The notes under the pieces were generated by a model, which had not been told where the DNA came from, ran no database searches, and saw nothing but the letters and a program-made list of their open reading frames with translations. DNA of 64,000 nucleotides from Eubacteriales bacterium. Lineage in GTDB: Bacteria; Bacillota; Clostridia; Oscillospirales; CAG-272. This document shows positions 53,312-63,206 of this stretch, in pieces (positions within the stretch are counted from its first letter, which is position 1; each line of letters starts with the position of its first letter). The position numbers were made by a program, and so were the translations under genes. The stretch covers positions 2,932-66,931 of the forward strand of contig JAZNZB010000081.1 in assembly GCA_045594705.1 (NCBI GenBank). The letters run 5' to 3'.

Positions 53312-55552
53312 TTAAGCCTTGGTAATGTTCAGAACGATGGTTACGTTGCCGTTACCGCCCTCGATTGCCATTACGTCGTCAACGCCAACGTTCAGGGTCA
53401 GGGTATCGCCTGCAGCCAATTCTACGGTCCAAGGAGTGGAGAAGCCCTCATCCTTTTCTACGCACCAGATGAATGCAGCATCGCCGCCGAAGGTGTAAGT
53501 GCCGGCCTCGGTAGCAGTGAAGGTAACGTCAGTACCTGCGCAGTAGTAGTTCTCAACAGTAACTTCTACGGTGTTCTCGCCCATAACGAGACCGGAGGTC
53601 TCAATAGCGGGAGCCTCGAAGGAGATAGCAACCTCAGCAGCCTCAGCGTTGTTGTTTACGATGGTCAGCTCGAAGGAATCCCAATCAGCGGGAATTTCGA
53701 TTACGATCTTACCGTCAACAGCAGTCAGAGTAGCGGGATCGCCTGCGAAGTTGGTAGCAGTGATGGTGAACTTGTCAGCGTTTGCAATGGTCATGGTCAT
53801 GCCTGCAGCGCCGCCACGTACGAAGAACTTGGTTTCGAAGTTTGCGGGAACGGAGAAGGTGCCGTTTTCGCCGTTGTAGTAAACAGTCTCAACAACGGGA
53901 GCAACGGTAACATTAGCCAGCTCGCAGATAACAATTACAGAGTTCTGGTTCAGCTCGGGGATAGCACCGATCATCACGTTGCCCTGTGCGCCTGCGGGGA
54001 AGATGGAGAGGTCAATGGTGATCTCAGCACCGCTATTGAACAAACCGTTCTTGGTGGAGGTCATGCCCTCTTCGGTGTTCAGGCTGTTGTAGTAGCCCTC
54101 GAGAGGCTCGCCGTCCTTACCGCCGGAAACAACTTCCATCCAGTTTACACCGTCGATGGACCAAACGTAACGGTTTACACCGCCGGGAACGCCGCACCAA
54201 CCGCCAAAGGTCAGCAGGCCGTTCTTATCGTTGGTCTTGTGGTCAACTGCAGCGTCGATCTTACCGGTGGAAACACCGCCAACACCTGCATAGTTAGTTG
54301 CCCAATCGCCGGTTTCAGCGTTGTAGGGGCCCTTGCCGTTTACGAAGTCGATGGATACCATGAAGTTGGTGTTAGCATCTACAGTCAGGTTGATCTTGTT
54401 GAGAACGATCTCATACAGCTTTACAATGGTGCCGTCTTCCAGCTTAGCATAGATGCTTACGCTGTGCTCGCCGTAAGGAAGCTCATAGGTGGGAACGGTG
54501 ATGTTGAAGCCACAACCGTTCTTGATGCCTGCAGCCTCAAGGTCGGGTCTATCCTGCTTGAATTCGCCGAATACAACGTTACCGGTAGTGCCGGTGATGT
54601 AGTAACCGAAAGCGGTTACGTTCTGCTGGAAGGAGGTCCAGCCGCGGAAGCCGATGTTGTAGCACTCAGTGCCGTAGTTGATGGGAACGATCTTGTCCTG
54701 AGCTTCGAGCTTGCCGGCAGCATTGCCGTCCTCTGCGAAGTACAGGTTGTCGTTGAGGTAGAAGCCGTCGAAGGACCAGCTAATGAAGCCGGCAGCAGCA
54801 TCGGTGGTGTTTACGCAAAGCTTATCCATAAAGTAGATAGCAGCATACTCAGCAGTGTTGTAGAAGCCGATGTAAGCAAGGTCAAGAGCACCTTCGGTCG
54901 CGCCTCTGAAGGGGTCAAGACGGAAGTAGCCAACGTTGCCGTCGGTGATGTTGGTAGAAGAGCAGTTAGCAAGGTCAACTACCAGGAGGTTCCAGTTGCC
55001 ATCATTGTTCCAATCCAGAACAACGTGGTCGTTAGTACCGTTAGGACCATTGGAGGTACCGATGAACATCTCTGCATCGAGCTCAGCGGTGGTTCTGTAA
55101 ACGAATGCCAAGTACTGAGGTACTACGCCGATGTTAGAACCAACAGTGAACTGGGGGTCACCGGAGTTAACGGTGATGCGAGCGAACTCAAAACCGTCTT
55201 CGGTTACAACCTCTGCGCCTGCAATGCCTGCGCCTGCAGTAGCAATACCTGCCAGATCAGCTGCGCCTGCAAAGAATACGGGATCAGCGGGGTCGGGCTC
55301 GGGCTCGGTGGTTTCTTCGGGAGTGGTTTCCTCGGGAGTGGTCTCCTCGGGAGTCGTAGCCTCAGGAGTGGTCTCCTCAGGAGTGGTAGCCTCGGGAGTG
55401 GTCTCCTCGGGAGTAGTCTCCTCGGGAGTGGTCACTTCGGGAGTGGTCACTTCGGGAGTGGTTTCTTCGGGATCGTTGGTGTTGTCTTTACAAGCAACCA
55501 GAACAACCGAGAGAACCATGCAAAGTGCCAGAATAACGAGTAACTTTTTCAT
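53312..55552 (-). CDS. Large modular surface lipoprotein B (paralogue of A with a different domain order)
   Basis: Same signal peptide MKKLLVILALCMVLSVVLVAC; 'DPQ' domain, then Ig-like domains. Confidence 0.85.
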   Translation of the reverse strand: MKKLLVILALCMVLSVVLVACKDNTNDPEETTPEVTTPEVTTPEETTPEETTPEATTPEETTPEATTPEETTPEETTPEETTEPEPDPADPVFFAGAADLAGIATAGAGIAGAEVVTEDGFEFARITVNSGDPQFTVGSNIGVVPQYLAFVYRTTAELDAEMFIGTSNGPNGTNDHVVLDWNNDGNWNLLVVDLANCSSTNITDGNVGYFRLDPFRGATEGALDLAYIGFYNTAEYAAIYFMDKLCVNTTDAAAGFISWSFDGFYLNDNLYFAEDGNAAGKLEAQDKIVPINYGTECYNIGFRGWTSFQQNVTAFGYYITGTTGNVVFGEFKQDRPDLEAAGIKNGCGFNITVPTYELPYGEHSVSIYAKLEDGTIVKLYEIVLNKINLTVDANTNFMVSIDFVNGKGPYNAETGDWATNYAGVGGVSTGKIDAAVDHKTNDKNGLLTFGGWCGVPGGVNRYVWSIDGVNWMEVVSGGKDGEPLEGYYNSLNTEEGMTSTKNGLFNSGAEITIDLSIFPAGAQGNVMIGAIPELNQNSVIVICELANVTVAPVVETVYYNGENGTFSVPANFETKFFVRGGAAGMTMTIANADKFTITATNFAGDPATLTAVDGKIVIEIPADWDSFELTIVNNNAEAAEVAISFEAPAIETSGLVMGENTVEVTVENYYCAGTDVTFTATEAGTYTFGGDAAFIWCVEKDEGFSTPWTVELAAGDTLTLNVGVDDVMAIEGGNGNVTIVLNITKA
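55307..55471 (-). repeat. Eleven tandem 15-bp units encoding PE[EVA]TT
   Basis: Direct reading of the sequence. Confidence 0.95.
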
Positions 55553-55734
55553 GATTTTTTTCCTTTCATGATATTTTATTTGGCCTACGAATAGGTACGT
55601 TATATGATATCACACGTCAAAATAAAATGCAATAAGGTTTTGAATATTTATGCGTCAACTTTCAGAAAATCGGAATAATGCACAAAACATGCATTCAATA
55701 ATTGGCAAAAAAGACGGATAATAATGGTTAAATC

Positions 55735-55771
55735 AAAAAGGACGCCGCAGCACTTGCCGTGCGGGCGTCCT
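55735..55771 (-). terminator. Terminator after glnA
   Basis: AAAAAGGACGCC...GGCGTCCT hairpin. Confidence 0.65.
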
Positions 55772-55806
55772 ATTCTTTGGATGCTCTATTATTAATGTAA
55801 CCGATT

Positions 55807-57891
55807 TTACTGTCTGTAGGTCATTTCTCCGTAGGTGGGAACAGGCCACAGCGCAGAGGGCATGATGGTCTCCATGGCGTCTACGGGCGCGCGCAAGGCC
55901 TGCATGGCGGGCACGACCTTATCGCAGAAGACACGTGCAACAGAAAAATGATCGGGCTGAGACATGGCCTCGGCATCGGCGCGCTTGAGCGCCTCGAGTG
56001 CTGCGTATGCCTGCTCGTTATACGAGGAGAGCTTGGTCAACAGATCCTTTTCCACACCGATCGAGCCAACGCCCAGAACATCACGCTTTTTACTTGCGGT
56101 ATCTGCCAGGCGGCACATGTATTCCTCAACAGCCGGTATATATTCTCTACTTGCCATTACAATCATGGTCTGTGCTTCGATGTTGATGATCTTGGCGTAA
56201 TTCTCCAGCAGAATATCTTGACGGGATTGCAGCTCGCTGGTACTCATCACACCGAATTTTTCGAACAGCTCCACGTTTTCGGCATCGGTCATATGCGGAT
56301 AGACGTCCACGGAACGCTTATAATTGCACAGTCCGCGACGCTCAGCCTCCTCCTCCCATTCCTTGGAATAGCCGTTTCCGCTGAACAGGATGCGCTCGTG
56401 CTTGGTAAATACCTCGCGCAGCAGCGCATGCAGCTCGGCATCGAAATCCGAAGCATTTTCAAGCCTGTCTGCATACTCGCAGAAGGATTTTGCCACGGCG
56501 GTATTGAGCACGATGTTGGGCATGGCGATATTCTGCGCTGCACCCGGCATACGGAACTCAAATTTCTTGCCGGTAAAGGCAAAGGGAGAGGTGCGGTTGC
56601 GGTCGGTCGTATCCTTTCTGATGGCCGGAATGGAGGGAACGCCCAGATTGAGCGTGGCGCGTCCATGTCCGGCGTAAGCCGTGCCGCGAATGATGGATTC
56701 AATGACGTGCTCCAGCTCCTCGCCCACAAAGATCGAGATGATGGCGGGCGGTGCTTCGGCAACACCCAGGCGCGTATCATTGCCCGCGGTGGCGATAGAC
56801 AGGCGCAAAAGCCCCTGATAATCGTCCACAGCCTGGATCACGGCTGCCAAAATCAGCAAAAATTGCAGATTTTCGCCCGGTTTTTTGCCGGGATCGGTCA
56901 GATTCTTGCCCGTATCGGTGGCAAGTGCCCAGTTGTTATGCTTGCCAGAGCCGCTGACGCCCTGATAGGGCTTTTCGTGGAGCAGACAAACCAGATCGTG
57001 ACGCTCGGCTACCTTTTTCATGTACTCCATGGTCAACATATTCTGATCGACTGCCACGTTGGCCGTGGTGTAGATGGGTGCAAGCTCGTGCTGCGAGGGT
57101 GCAGCCTCATTGTGTTTGGTCTTGGCATTGATGCCGAGTGCCCAAAGCTCGCGGTCAAGCTCAGCCATAAAGGCGGAGACGCGGGTCTTTAACGGACCGA
57201 AATAATGGTCCTCCATCTCCTGACCCTTGGGTGCGGGTGCACCAAACAGAGTCCTGCCGCAGTAGGAGAGATCCTTGCGGCGGTCGAAGTACGCTTTGTT
57301 TACAAGAAAATATTCCTGCTCTGCACCGACTGTTGCGCAAACGCGTGAGGTAGTCGTATCGCCAAACAGGCGCAGAATACGAAGCGCCTGCACGTTGAGC
57401 GCGTCCATAGAGCGCAAAAGCGGCGTTTTGGTATCCAGTGCCTCGCCCGTATAGGAGCAGAAGGCGGTGGGAATGTACAGCGTGCCGTCCTTGACAAAGG
57501 CATAGGACGCAGGATCCCAGGCGGTATAGCCTCTGGCCTCAAAGGTGGCGCGCAGGCCGCCCGAGGGGAAGGAGGAGGCGTCACTTTCGCCCTTGATCAG
57601 CTCCTTGCCGGAGAATTCCATAATGACCTTATCGCCCAGAGGGGAGATAAAGGCATCGTGCTTCTCTGCCGTGACGCCGGAGAGCGGCTGGAACCAATGG
57701 GTAAAGTGGGTAGCGCCCTTTTCGATTGCCCAGTCCTTCATGGCTGTGGCGACCGTGCCTGCAATGGCGGGGTCAATGACACCGCCGGTGGCGATGGTGT
57801 TGGTCAAGGAGCGATAAACGTCCTTGGGAAGTTTTTGACGCATCACGTCGTCGTTAAAGACGCGTGAGCCGTAAAGCTCGGGTACGTTCAT
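55807..57891 (-). CDS. glnA: Glutamine synthetase type III
   Basis: HFTHWFQPL, DASSFPSGGLRATFEARGYT, DRNRTSPFAFTG.KFEFR. Confidence 0.95.
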   Translation of the reverse strand: MNVPELYGSRVFNDDVMRQKLPKDVYRSLTNTIATGGVIDPAIAGTVATAMKDWAIEKGATHFTHWFQPLSGVTAEKHDAFISPLGDKVIMEFSGKELIKGESDASSFPSGGLRATFEARGYTAWDPASYAFVKDGTLYIPTAFCSYTGEALDTKTPLLRSMDALNVQALRILRLFGDTTTSRVCATVGAEQEYFLVNKAYFDRRKDLSYCGRTLFGAPAPKGQEMEDHYFGPLKTRVSAFMAELDRELWALGINAKTKHNEAAPSQHELAPIYTTANVAVDQNMLTMEYMKKVAERHDLVCLLHEKPYQGVSGSGKHNNWALATDTGKNLTDPGKKPGENLQFLLILAAVIQAVDDYQGLLRLSIATAGNDTRLGVAEAPPAIISIFVGEELEHVIESIIRGTAYAGHGRATLNLGVPSIPAIRKDTTDRNRTSPFAFTGKKFEFRMPGAAQNIAMPNIVLNTAVAKSFCEYADRLENASDFDAELHALLREVFTKHERILFSGNGYSKEWEEEAERRGLCNYKRSVDVYPHMTDAENVELFEKFGVMSTSELQSRQDILLENYAKIINIEAQTMIVMASREYIPAVEEYMCRLADTASKKRDVLGVGSIGVEKDLLTKLSSYNEQAYAALEALKRADAEAMSQPDHFSVARVFCDKVVPAMQALRAPVDAMETIMPSALWPVPTYGEMTYRQ

Positions 57892-57964
57892 GGTAATATC
57901 CTTTAATTTAAAAAAATAGGATGAAAAATGGGTTAAGCAACCCTCAACGGGCCACTCTCACAGG

Positions 57965-58254
57965 ATGAAAGTTTTGATCAAACTTTTCCAAAAGTTTGCG
58001 GGGTACGGGGCAGAGCCCCGAAAAACGCCGTTTTTTTGGTTCTTTTTTGCGGCTACTTGCTCAAAAAAAGAACGGAGAGAATCTTCTCAATGTCACGTAA
58101 CCTAATTCGTCACCCACTTTTTTCTTTGACACCGCCGGCGCAAAGAAAAAAGTTCACAAAAAAGAAACGCCGAGATGATTTCGCGCCTGCGGGCGCGACG
58201 AGGGCGCCGCCCTCGACCTGCAAACTTTTGTAAAAGTTTGATCAAAACTTTCAT
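57965..58254. mobile_element. 290-bp MITE-like element with about 35-bp terminal inverted repeats
   Basis: ATGAAAGTTTTGATCAAACTTTTCCAAAAGTTTGC ... GCAAACTTTTGTAAAAGTTTGATCAAAACTTTCAT; no coding capacity recognised. Confidence 0.75.
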
Positions 58255-58276
58255 GAGTTTAGGGCATTCGCTTGGG

Positions 58277-59494
58277 TCAGTTCCCCTTGATCTTCTTCCA
58301 ATACTCCGCCGCGGCCTGTTCGGTCTTATTCTGCGCGGGAGTATAATACTTTCTGTCCTTCAGATCATTGGGCAGATACTGCTGATTGACGTAATGATTC
58401 GGAAAGTCGTGCGGGTACTTATACCCTTTATTCAGCGGGCTTTGCAAATGCTCGGGGATCTCGTTCCCTTTCCCTGCCCGCACGTCCTCCAGCGCTGCAT
58501 CCAGCGCGATATGTGTGGCATTCGATTTGGGTGAGGTTGCCAGAATGATTGCCGCATTTCCGAGCGGAATTCTCGCCTCGGGCATGCCCAGCTCCTTGGC
58601 CGACTCACAGCATGCGCGTGTGATCACTGCTGCCATGGGATAAGCCGCGCCGATGTCCTCGTTTGCAATCACCTGCAGGCGTCTGCAAACCGAGATCAAC
58701 TCGCCCGATTCAAGCAATTTGGCCGTGTAAAATGCCGCCGCATCGGGATCTGAGCCGCGAATGGACTTTTGCAGGCAGGATAGCAGATCGTAATGGGCGT
58801 CGTCACCGTAATTTCCAATGCCGCTCTTGAATGCATCGGCGTGCTCGCGCAAAATCTCGCCGTCTGCCGAGAAAAATGCGTTCTCAAACAGCCCAATCGC
58901 GCGTCTGACGTCTCCTCCCGCAGCCTTTGCCACGTAGCAAAGCAATTCGTCCGATGCCGTTTTATTTGTCCCGTGCTCCTCGTTGAGGTAGTCCAGTGCG
59001 CGTCTGAGCATCTTTGCTCCGCTCTCGGGCGGTACGGGCTTGAATTCAAACAGCGAAGAGCGTGAAATGATCGCGTTATATACGTAAAAATGGGGATTTT
59101 CGGTGGTGGAGGCGATCAGCGTGATTCTGCCGTCCTCCATGTATTCCAGCAGCGTTTGCTGCTGTTTTCTGTTAAAATACTGGATCTCGTCAAGATACAA
59201 GAGAATTCCGCCCGAGCCGAAAATGTTGTTGGTCTCGGCGATGATGTCCTTGATGTCCTGCGTGGATGCGTGTGTGGCGTTGAGCTTGCGAAACTGCATA
59301 CCCGACGCTGCCGCAATGGCAGAGGCTGCCGTGGTCTTTCCCGTGCCGGGAGGGCCAAAAAAGATCATATTCGTGATCCTTCCCCCTGCGATCATGCGTC
59401 TGACTACACCGCGAGGGCCGAACAAATGTTCTTGCCCGACGATCTCATCCAGCGTTTTAGGGCGGAGAATGTCCGCCAGTTGCATATTTTTCAT
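58277..59494 (-). CDS. rarA: Replication-associated recombination protein RarA/MgsA
   Basis: [43 protein letters not shown]. Confidence 0.95.
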   Translation of the reverse strand: MKNMQLADILRPKTLDEIVGQEHLFGPRGVVRRMIAGGRITNMIFFGPPGTGKTTAASAIAAASGMQFRKLNATHASTQDIKDIIAETNNIFGSGGILLYLDEIQYFNRKQQQTLLEYMEDGRITLIASTTENPHFYVYNAIISRSSLFEFKPVPPESGAKMLRRALDYLNEEHGTNKTASDELLCYVAKAAGGDVRRAIGLFENAFFSADGEILREHADAFKSGIGNYGDDAHYDLLSCLQKSIRGSDPDAAAFYTAKLLESGELISVCRRLQVIANEDIGAAYPMAAVITRACCESAKELGMPEARIPLGNAAIILATSPKSNATHIALDAALEDVRAGKGNEIPEHLQSPLNKGYKYPHDFPNHYVNQQYLPNDLKDRKYYTPAQNKTEQAAAEYWKKIKGN

Positions 59495-59497
59495 ACA

Positions 59498-60181
59498 TTA
59501 ACTCCGACAAGCGTCTGCAAACGACGCAAACAACCTTTGCATAGCGGGGCTTTGCGCGCGGAAGATCTCGGGATGCCACTGCACGGCGAGATAAAACCTG
59601 TGCCCTTCCATGTGCACGGCCTCGATATAACCGTCCTCACTCTCGGCATCTGCGGTCAGCGTGGGGGCAAGAGCCTTGATGTTCTGATGGTGGAAGGTGT
59701 TGACCAAGATCTCCTCGCACTCTGTCAGAGAATACAGCATCGAACCCTTGTAAACCAAGGTCTTTTGCAGCGTAGTCGTTCCCGGCTCGGTCTGTCTGTG
59801 GCCGTCGATATGCTGATACAGCGTACCGCCCTCCGCCACGTTGAGCAGCTGAATGCCGCGACAGATGCCGAGAATGGGCTTGCCCGTAGCCTTGACGTGG
59901 CGGTAGAGTGCCAGCTCAAACGCATCACGGTCAGCATCGATCTCTACACTCTCAAACATTTTCTCTTCTCCGTAGAGTGCAGGGTCCATATCGTCGCCAC
60001 CGGCAAACAAAAATCCGTCGAAAACGTTTGCGTATTCGGCTAGCTTTTCTTCATCCTCCGTGTACGCCAAAAAGACCGGAACAGCACCTGCTTCCCAGAG
60101 AGAATTGAGGTAATTCTGGCTCATGGCGATCTTTCCTTCGGCTGTTTTGGAGCAAGTAATGCCGATGTAGGGTCTTTGCAT
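59498..60181 (-). CDS. Peptidase C26 / gamma-glutamyl-gamma-aminobutyrate hydrolase family
   Basis: GGDDMDP..YG, GICRGIQ, VNTFHHQ, VQWHPE. Confidence 0.9.
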   Translation of the reverse strand: MQRPYIGITCSKTAEGKIAMSQNYLNSLWEAGAVPVFLAYTEDEEKLAEYANVFDGFLFAGGDDMDPALYGEEKMFESVEIDADRDAFELALYRHVKATGKPILGICRGIQLLNVAEGGTLYQHIDGHRQTEPGTTTLQKTLVYKGSMLYSLTECEEILVNTFHHQNIKALAPTLTADAESEDGYIEAVHMEGHRFYLAVQWHPEIFRAQSPAMQRLFASFADACRS

Positions 60182-60210
60182 ACAAAACCTCCATGCAAGT
60201 AAACTGAAAA

Positions 60211-60912
60211 TCAATGATAATTGGCCTCGGGTCTCATCAGACCGATAAAGTTATCCAACATCTGCAGCATATCGGGCAAAATGAATATGACAAATACAGC
60301 CAGCAGAATGGCAATGCCTGCGATGATCAGCACCGAGATCCAGCCTGATCCTCGCTTGTCGTAACGGATATCGGCTGCGTAAGAATCGTCCTTGGGAATA
60401 TAGAACGTGTCCTTTTGAAAATCGATTTTATAGGGTGCTGAGCCGAATGCGGGGCCATCCTTGGTGGCACTTTCCTCATATTCCTGCTTTTTTTGGGCAA
60501 TTGCGTCGTCGTATTCCTTTTTTTGCGTGCACACGACGACCTTTGAAAGTGACCCGCTGCGCAAGGCACTGCGGACGGCCGCGTTTTTATGATATCCCAG
60601 CTCATAAAGCGTTTTGGCACTTTCGGGTGTATAGCAATCCTCATAGATCAGCTTGCGCACGAATTCCCCAAGGCCCTTTTTCTCATAGACGCTGAGAATT
60701 GCGGCAAGGATCATGCCCAAAAACAGCGCAATGATTGCCCAGGACAGATTGATCACACCGCTCTCGCCCAAATCGATCCCGAGATTATGATATTGTGAAA
60801 TATCCAGAGTAAGATACTTTTCGGTTACGTAAGCCCACAGCTCCTCAATCAGAGAGGGCTGCGCGGAGGCGTCATTGCTCAGATTGATGAGTACTCGGGT
60901 AAATCCGGACAT
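60211..60912 (-). CDS. Hypothetical membrane protein (two TM segments flanking a soluble domain)
   Basis: 233-aa ORF, RBS AAGGAGG, hydrophobic stretches near both ends. Confidence 0.8.
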   Translation of the reverse strand: MSGFTRVLINLSNDASAQPSLIEELWAYVTEKYLTLDISQYHNLGIDLGESGVINLSWAIIALFLGMILAAILSVYEKKGLGEFVRKLIYEDCYTPESAKTLYELGYHKNAAVRSALRSGSLSKVVVCTQKKEYDDAIAQKKQEYEESATKDGPAFGSAPYKIDFQKDTFYIPKDDSYAADIRYDKRGSGWISVLIIAGIAILLAVFVIFILPDMLQMLDNFIGLMRPEANYH

Positions 60913-60935
60913 TGAAGTCCTCCTTTCTCAAAACA

Positions 60936-60967
60936 GAACGAATGTTCTAAAAACAGAATGCGCGTTC
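60936..60967. promoter_or_regulatory. Two tandem LexA (SOS)-box-like palindromes
   Basis: GAAC-GAAT-GTTC (60936-60947) and GAAT-GCGC-GTTC (60956-60967). Confidence 0.55.
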
Positions 60968-60985
60968 TTGTATTTTGTCGAAAAA

Positions 60986-62266
60986 TCAGCGAATAACGTC
61001 AAGACCGATGTACTTCTTCAGGCAATCGGGTACGTTGACCGAACCGTCAGCGTTCTGGTTCTGCTCAACCAGCGCGGGGAAAATACGGCTGGTCGCCAGG
61101 CCGGAGCCGTTGAGTGTGTGCACATACTCGATCTTGCCGTCTGCACGCTTGACGCGCATCATACCTCTGCGTGCCTGGTAGTCACGTGCGTTGGATACCG
61201 AGGAAACTTCCTTATAACCGTTCATGGAAGGAATGTTGATTTCAATATCGTAGGTTCTTGCCATGGATGCGGAGCAGTCCTCTGCGGCCAGCTTGACGGT
61301 TCTGAAGTGGAAGCCCAGGCCCTTGCCCAGGTTTTCTGCGTTGGCAACCAGCTCGTCACACGCCTCGTCACTCTTCTCGGGCAGCGTATACTGCACCATT
61401 TCGACCTTATTGAACTGGTGTCCGCGCACCATACCGCGCTCATCTGCTCTGTAGGAACCGGCCTCACGGCGGAAACAAGGGGTGTAGGAAATATACTTGC
61501 GGGGCAGATCTGCCTCGGTCAGGATCTCATCGCGGTGCAAGGAAACCAGCGCTGTCTCTGCGGTGGGAAGCATGAAACGGCGTCTTTCGTCGTCGTCCTG
61601 CTGCTCCAGCCAGTAAACCTCGTCCTTGAACTTGGGGAACTGACCTGCGGTCTGGCCGCATTCGTAGCCCAGCATATGAGGTACAAGCATCAGCTCGTAG
61701 CCGTTGCCCAGATGGAAATCGATAAAGTAGTTGAGCAGCGCCCACTCCAGACGTGCACCGACGCCGGAATAAATCCAGAAGCCGGAGCCGGACAGCTTGG
61801 TGCCGCGCTTGTAGTCGATCAGACCCAGATCGGTGCACAGATCAACGTGATTTTTGGGCTCGAAATCAAAGGTTCTGGGCTCGCCATAGTAGCGCAGAGG
61901 CTGATTGTTCTCCTTGCCGCCGGGTAACAGATCCTCGTCGGGCAGGTTGGGCAGGCAAAGCAACAGACCCTGATACTGAACCTCAACCTCTTTCTTTCTC
62001 TCATCGATCTGCTTGACGCGCGCGCCCATCTCCTTCATCTGTGCGAAGATGGGGGTGACGTCCTCGCCCTGCTTCTTAAGCTGGGGAATCTGCTTGTTGA
62101 TCTTGTTCTGCTCAGCCTTGATCGCTTCGCCTTCCACGATCAGAGCGCGTCTTTCGGTGTCAAGCGCAAGGATCTGCTCGATTTCTTGTCTTGCGTCCTT
62201 GCCTTTCTTTGCCAGTCTTGCAATGACTTCCTCGGGGTTATTTTTGATATAATTAATGTCGATCAT
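60986..62266 (-). CDS. serS: Seryl-tRNA synthetase
   Basis: LPTAE, FRREAGS, RGHQFNKVE, EVSSVSN, HTLNGSGLA. Confidence 0.97.
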   Translation of the reverse strand: MIDINYIKNNPEEVIARLAKKGKDARQEIEQILALDTERRALIVEGEAIKAEQNKINKQIPQLKKQGEDVTPIFAQMKEMGARVKQIDERKKEVEVQYQGLLLCLPNLPDEDLLPGGKENNQPLRYYGEPRTFDFEPKNHVDLCTDLGLIDYKRGTKLSGSGFWIYSGVGARLEWALLNYFIDFHLGNGYELMLVPHMLGYECGQTAGQFPKFKDEVYWLEQQDDDERRRFMLPTAETALVSLHRDEILTEADLPRKYISYTPCFRREAGSYRADERGMVRGHQFNKVEMVQYTLPEKSDEACDELVANAENLGKGLGFHFRTVKLAAEDCSASMARTYDIEINIPSMNGYKEVSSVSNARDYQARRGMMRVKRADGKIEYVHTLNGSGLATSRIFPALVEQNQNADGSVNVPDCLKKYIGLDVIR

Positions 62267-62288
62267 GATATTTCTCCGTTATTTTGTG

Positions 62289-63188
62289 TTAGATTTCTGC
62301 AAAAAAGTCGTTTCCGCAGAGGATTTTGATAATTTCTTCAAGGTCTTGGTCGTCCTCATAAGACAACTCCACGATCTTCTTTTTGGCAACACGGGCAATT
62401 CTGACCTTTCTGCCAAGCGTGTGCATAACGCGGCGCTCCAGATCCTTCATGTAAACCTTGCGTTGGGAGTCAGATTCGTCAAGCTCCTCGGGCTGCTCGT
62501 CTGCCTCCGCACGGGCCTTGAAAAGACGCACAATACGTTCTGTTTCACGTACGGAATAGTCCTTTTCTGCAATTTTATGTGCCAGATCAATGATTTGCGC
62601 CTCGTCATCAAGACCGAGCAACGCTCTTGCGTGTCCACCGGAGATCTCGCCCTTTTTGAGCAGCTCAAGTGCCTCCTCGGGGAGCTCAAGCAAACGCAGC
62701 ATATTGGTGATGGTAGAACGGTTCTTGCCAACCTTCTTTGCCACCTCGTCCTGCGTGCAGCCGTATCTGTCAATCAGAGCCTGGTATGCAAACGCTTCTT
62801 CGACAGGGTTGAGATCCTGTCTTTGTACGTTCTCAATCAGTGCGATTTCCGAGGTTTTCATGTCGTCGCTGTCCATAATGACAACAGGAACCTCAGTAAT
62901 TCCGGCCATTTTAGCAGCTCTCCAACGACGTTCGCCCGCGATGATCTCATATGTGTTTGCCGAAATAGCGTTTTCGCGCACGATCAGGGGCACCAGAACA
63001 CCGTATTCTGCTACCGAATCAGCCAAAGCCTGCAGGGGCTCAAGATCAAAATCCTTTCGGGGCTGATCACGTCTGGGCTCAATATCTGCCACGCGCAGCT
63101 TTGTAATGGAGTCCTTTTTGGACTCAAGCATATTGTCGTCCAGAATTTCATAGAAATTTCTGCCAAGTCCACCTTGTTTTCTTGCCAT
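62289..63188 (-). CDS. parB: Chromosome partitioning protein ParB/Spo0J
   Basis: GLGR N-terminal motif, QPRK.F, IIAGERRWRA, ENVQRQDLNPVEEA. Confidence 0.96.
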   Translation of the reverse strand: MARKQGGLGRNFYEILDDNMLESKKDSITKLRVADIEPRRDQPRKDFDLEPLQALADSVAEYGVLVPLIVRENAISANTYEIIAGERRWRAAKMAGITEVPVVIMDSDDMKTSEIALIENVQRQDLNPVEEAFAYQALIDRYGCTQDEVAKKVGKNRSTITNMLRLLELPEEALELLKKGEISGGHARALLGLDDEAQIIDLAHKIAEKDYSVRETERIVRLFKARAEADEQPEELDESDSQRKVYMKDLERRVMHTLGRKVRIARVAKKKIVELSYEDDQDLEEIIKILCGNDFFAEI

Positions 63189-63206
63189 TTTTTTTAATAC
63201 CTCCTA

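Noticed and set aside
52844..55471. Regular 15-bp repeats as a possible CRISPR array or diversity-generating retroelement
   Set aside because: They are contiguous in-frame coding repeats with no spacers; no cas genes, reverse transcriptase or template/variable repeat pair were seen.
50531..55543. Very long + strand ORFs (838 aa and 750 aa) opposite the two lipoproteins; similar antisense ORFs over gdpP, dnaB, ftsH, lysS, dnaA, gyrB and gyrA
   Set aside because: They mirror the real genes codon for codon, have no recognisable motifs, and are expected from strong codon bias that removes stops from the antisense frame.
62541..62556. parS-like TGTTTCACGTACGGAA inside parB
   Set aside because: Only the left 10 bp match TGTTTCACGTGAAACA and the palindrome is broken; the sequence is explained by the conserved SVRETE peptide.
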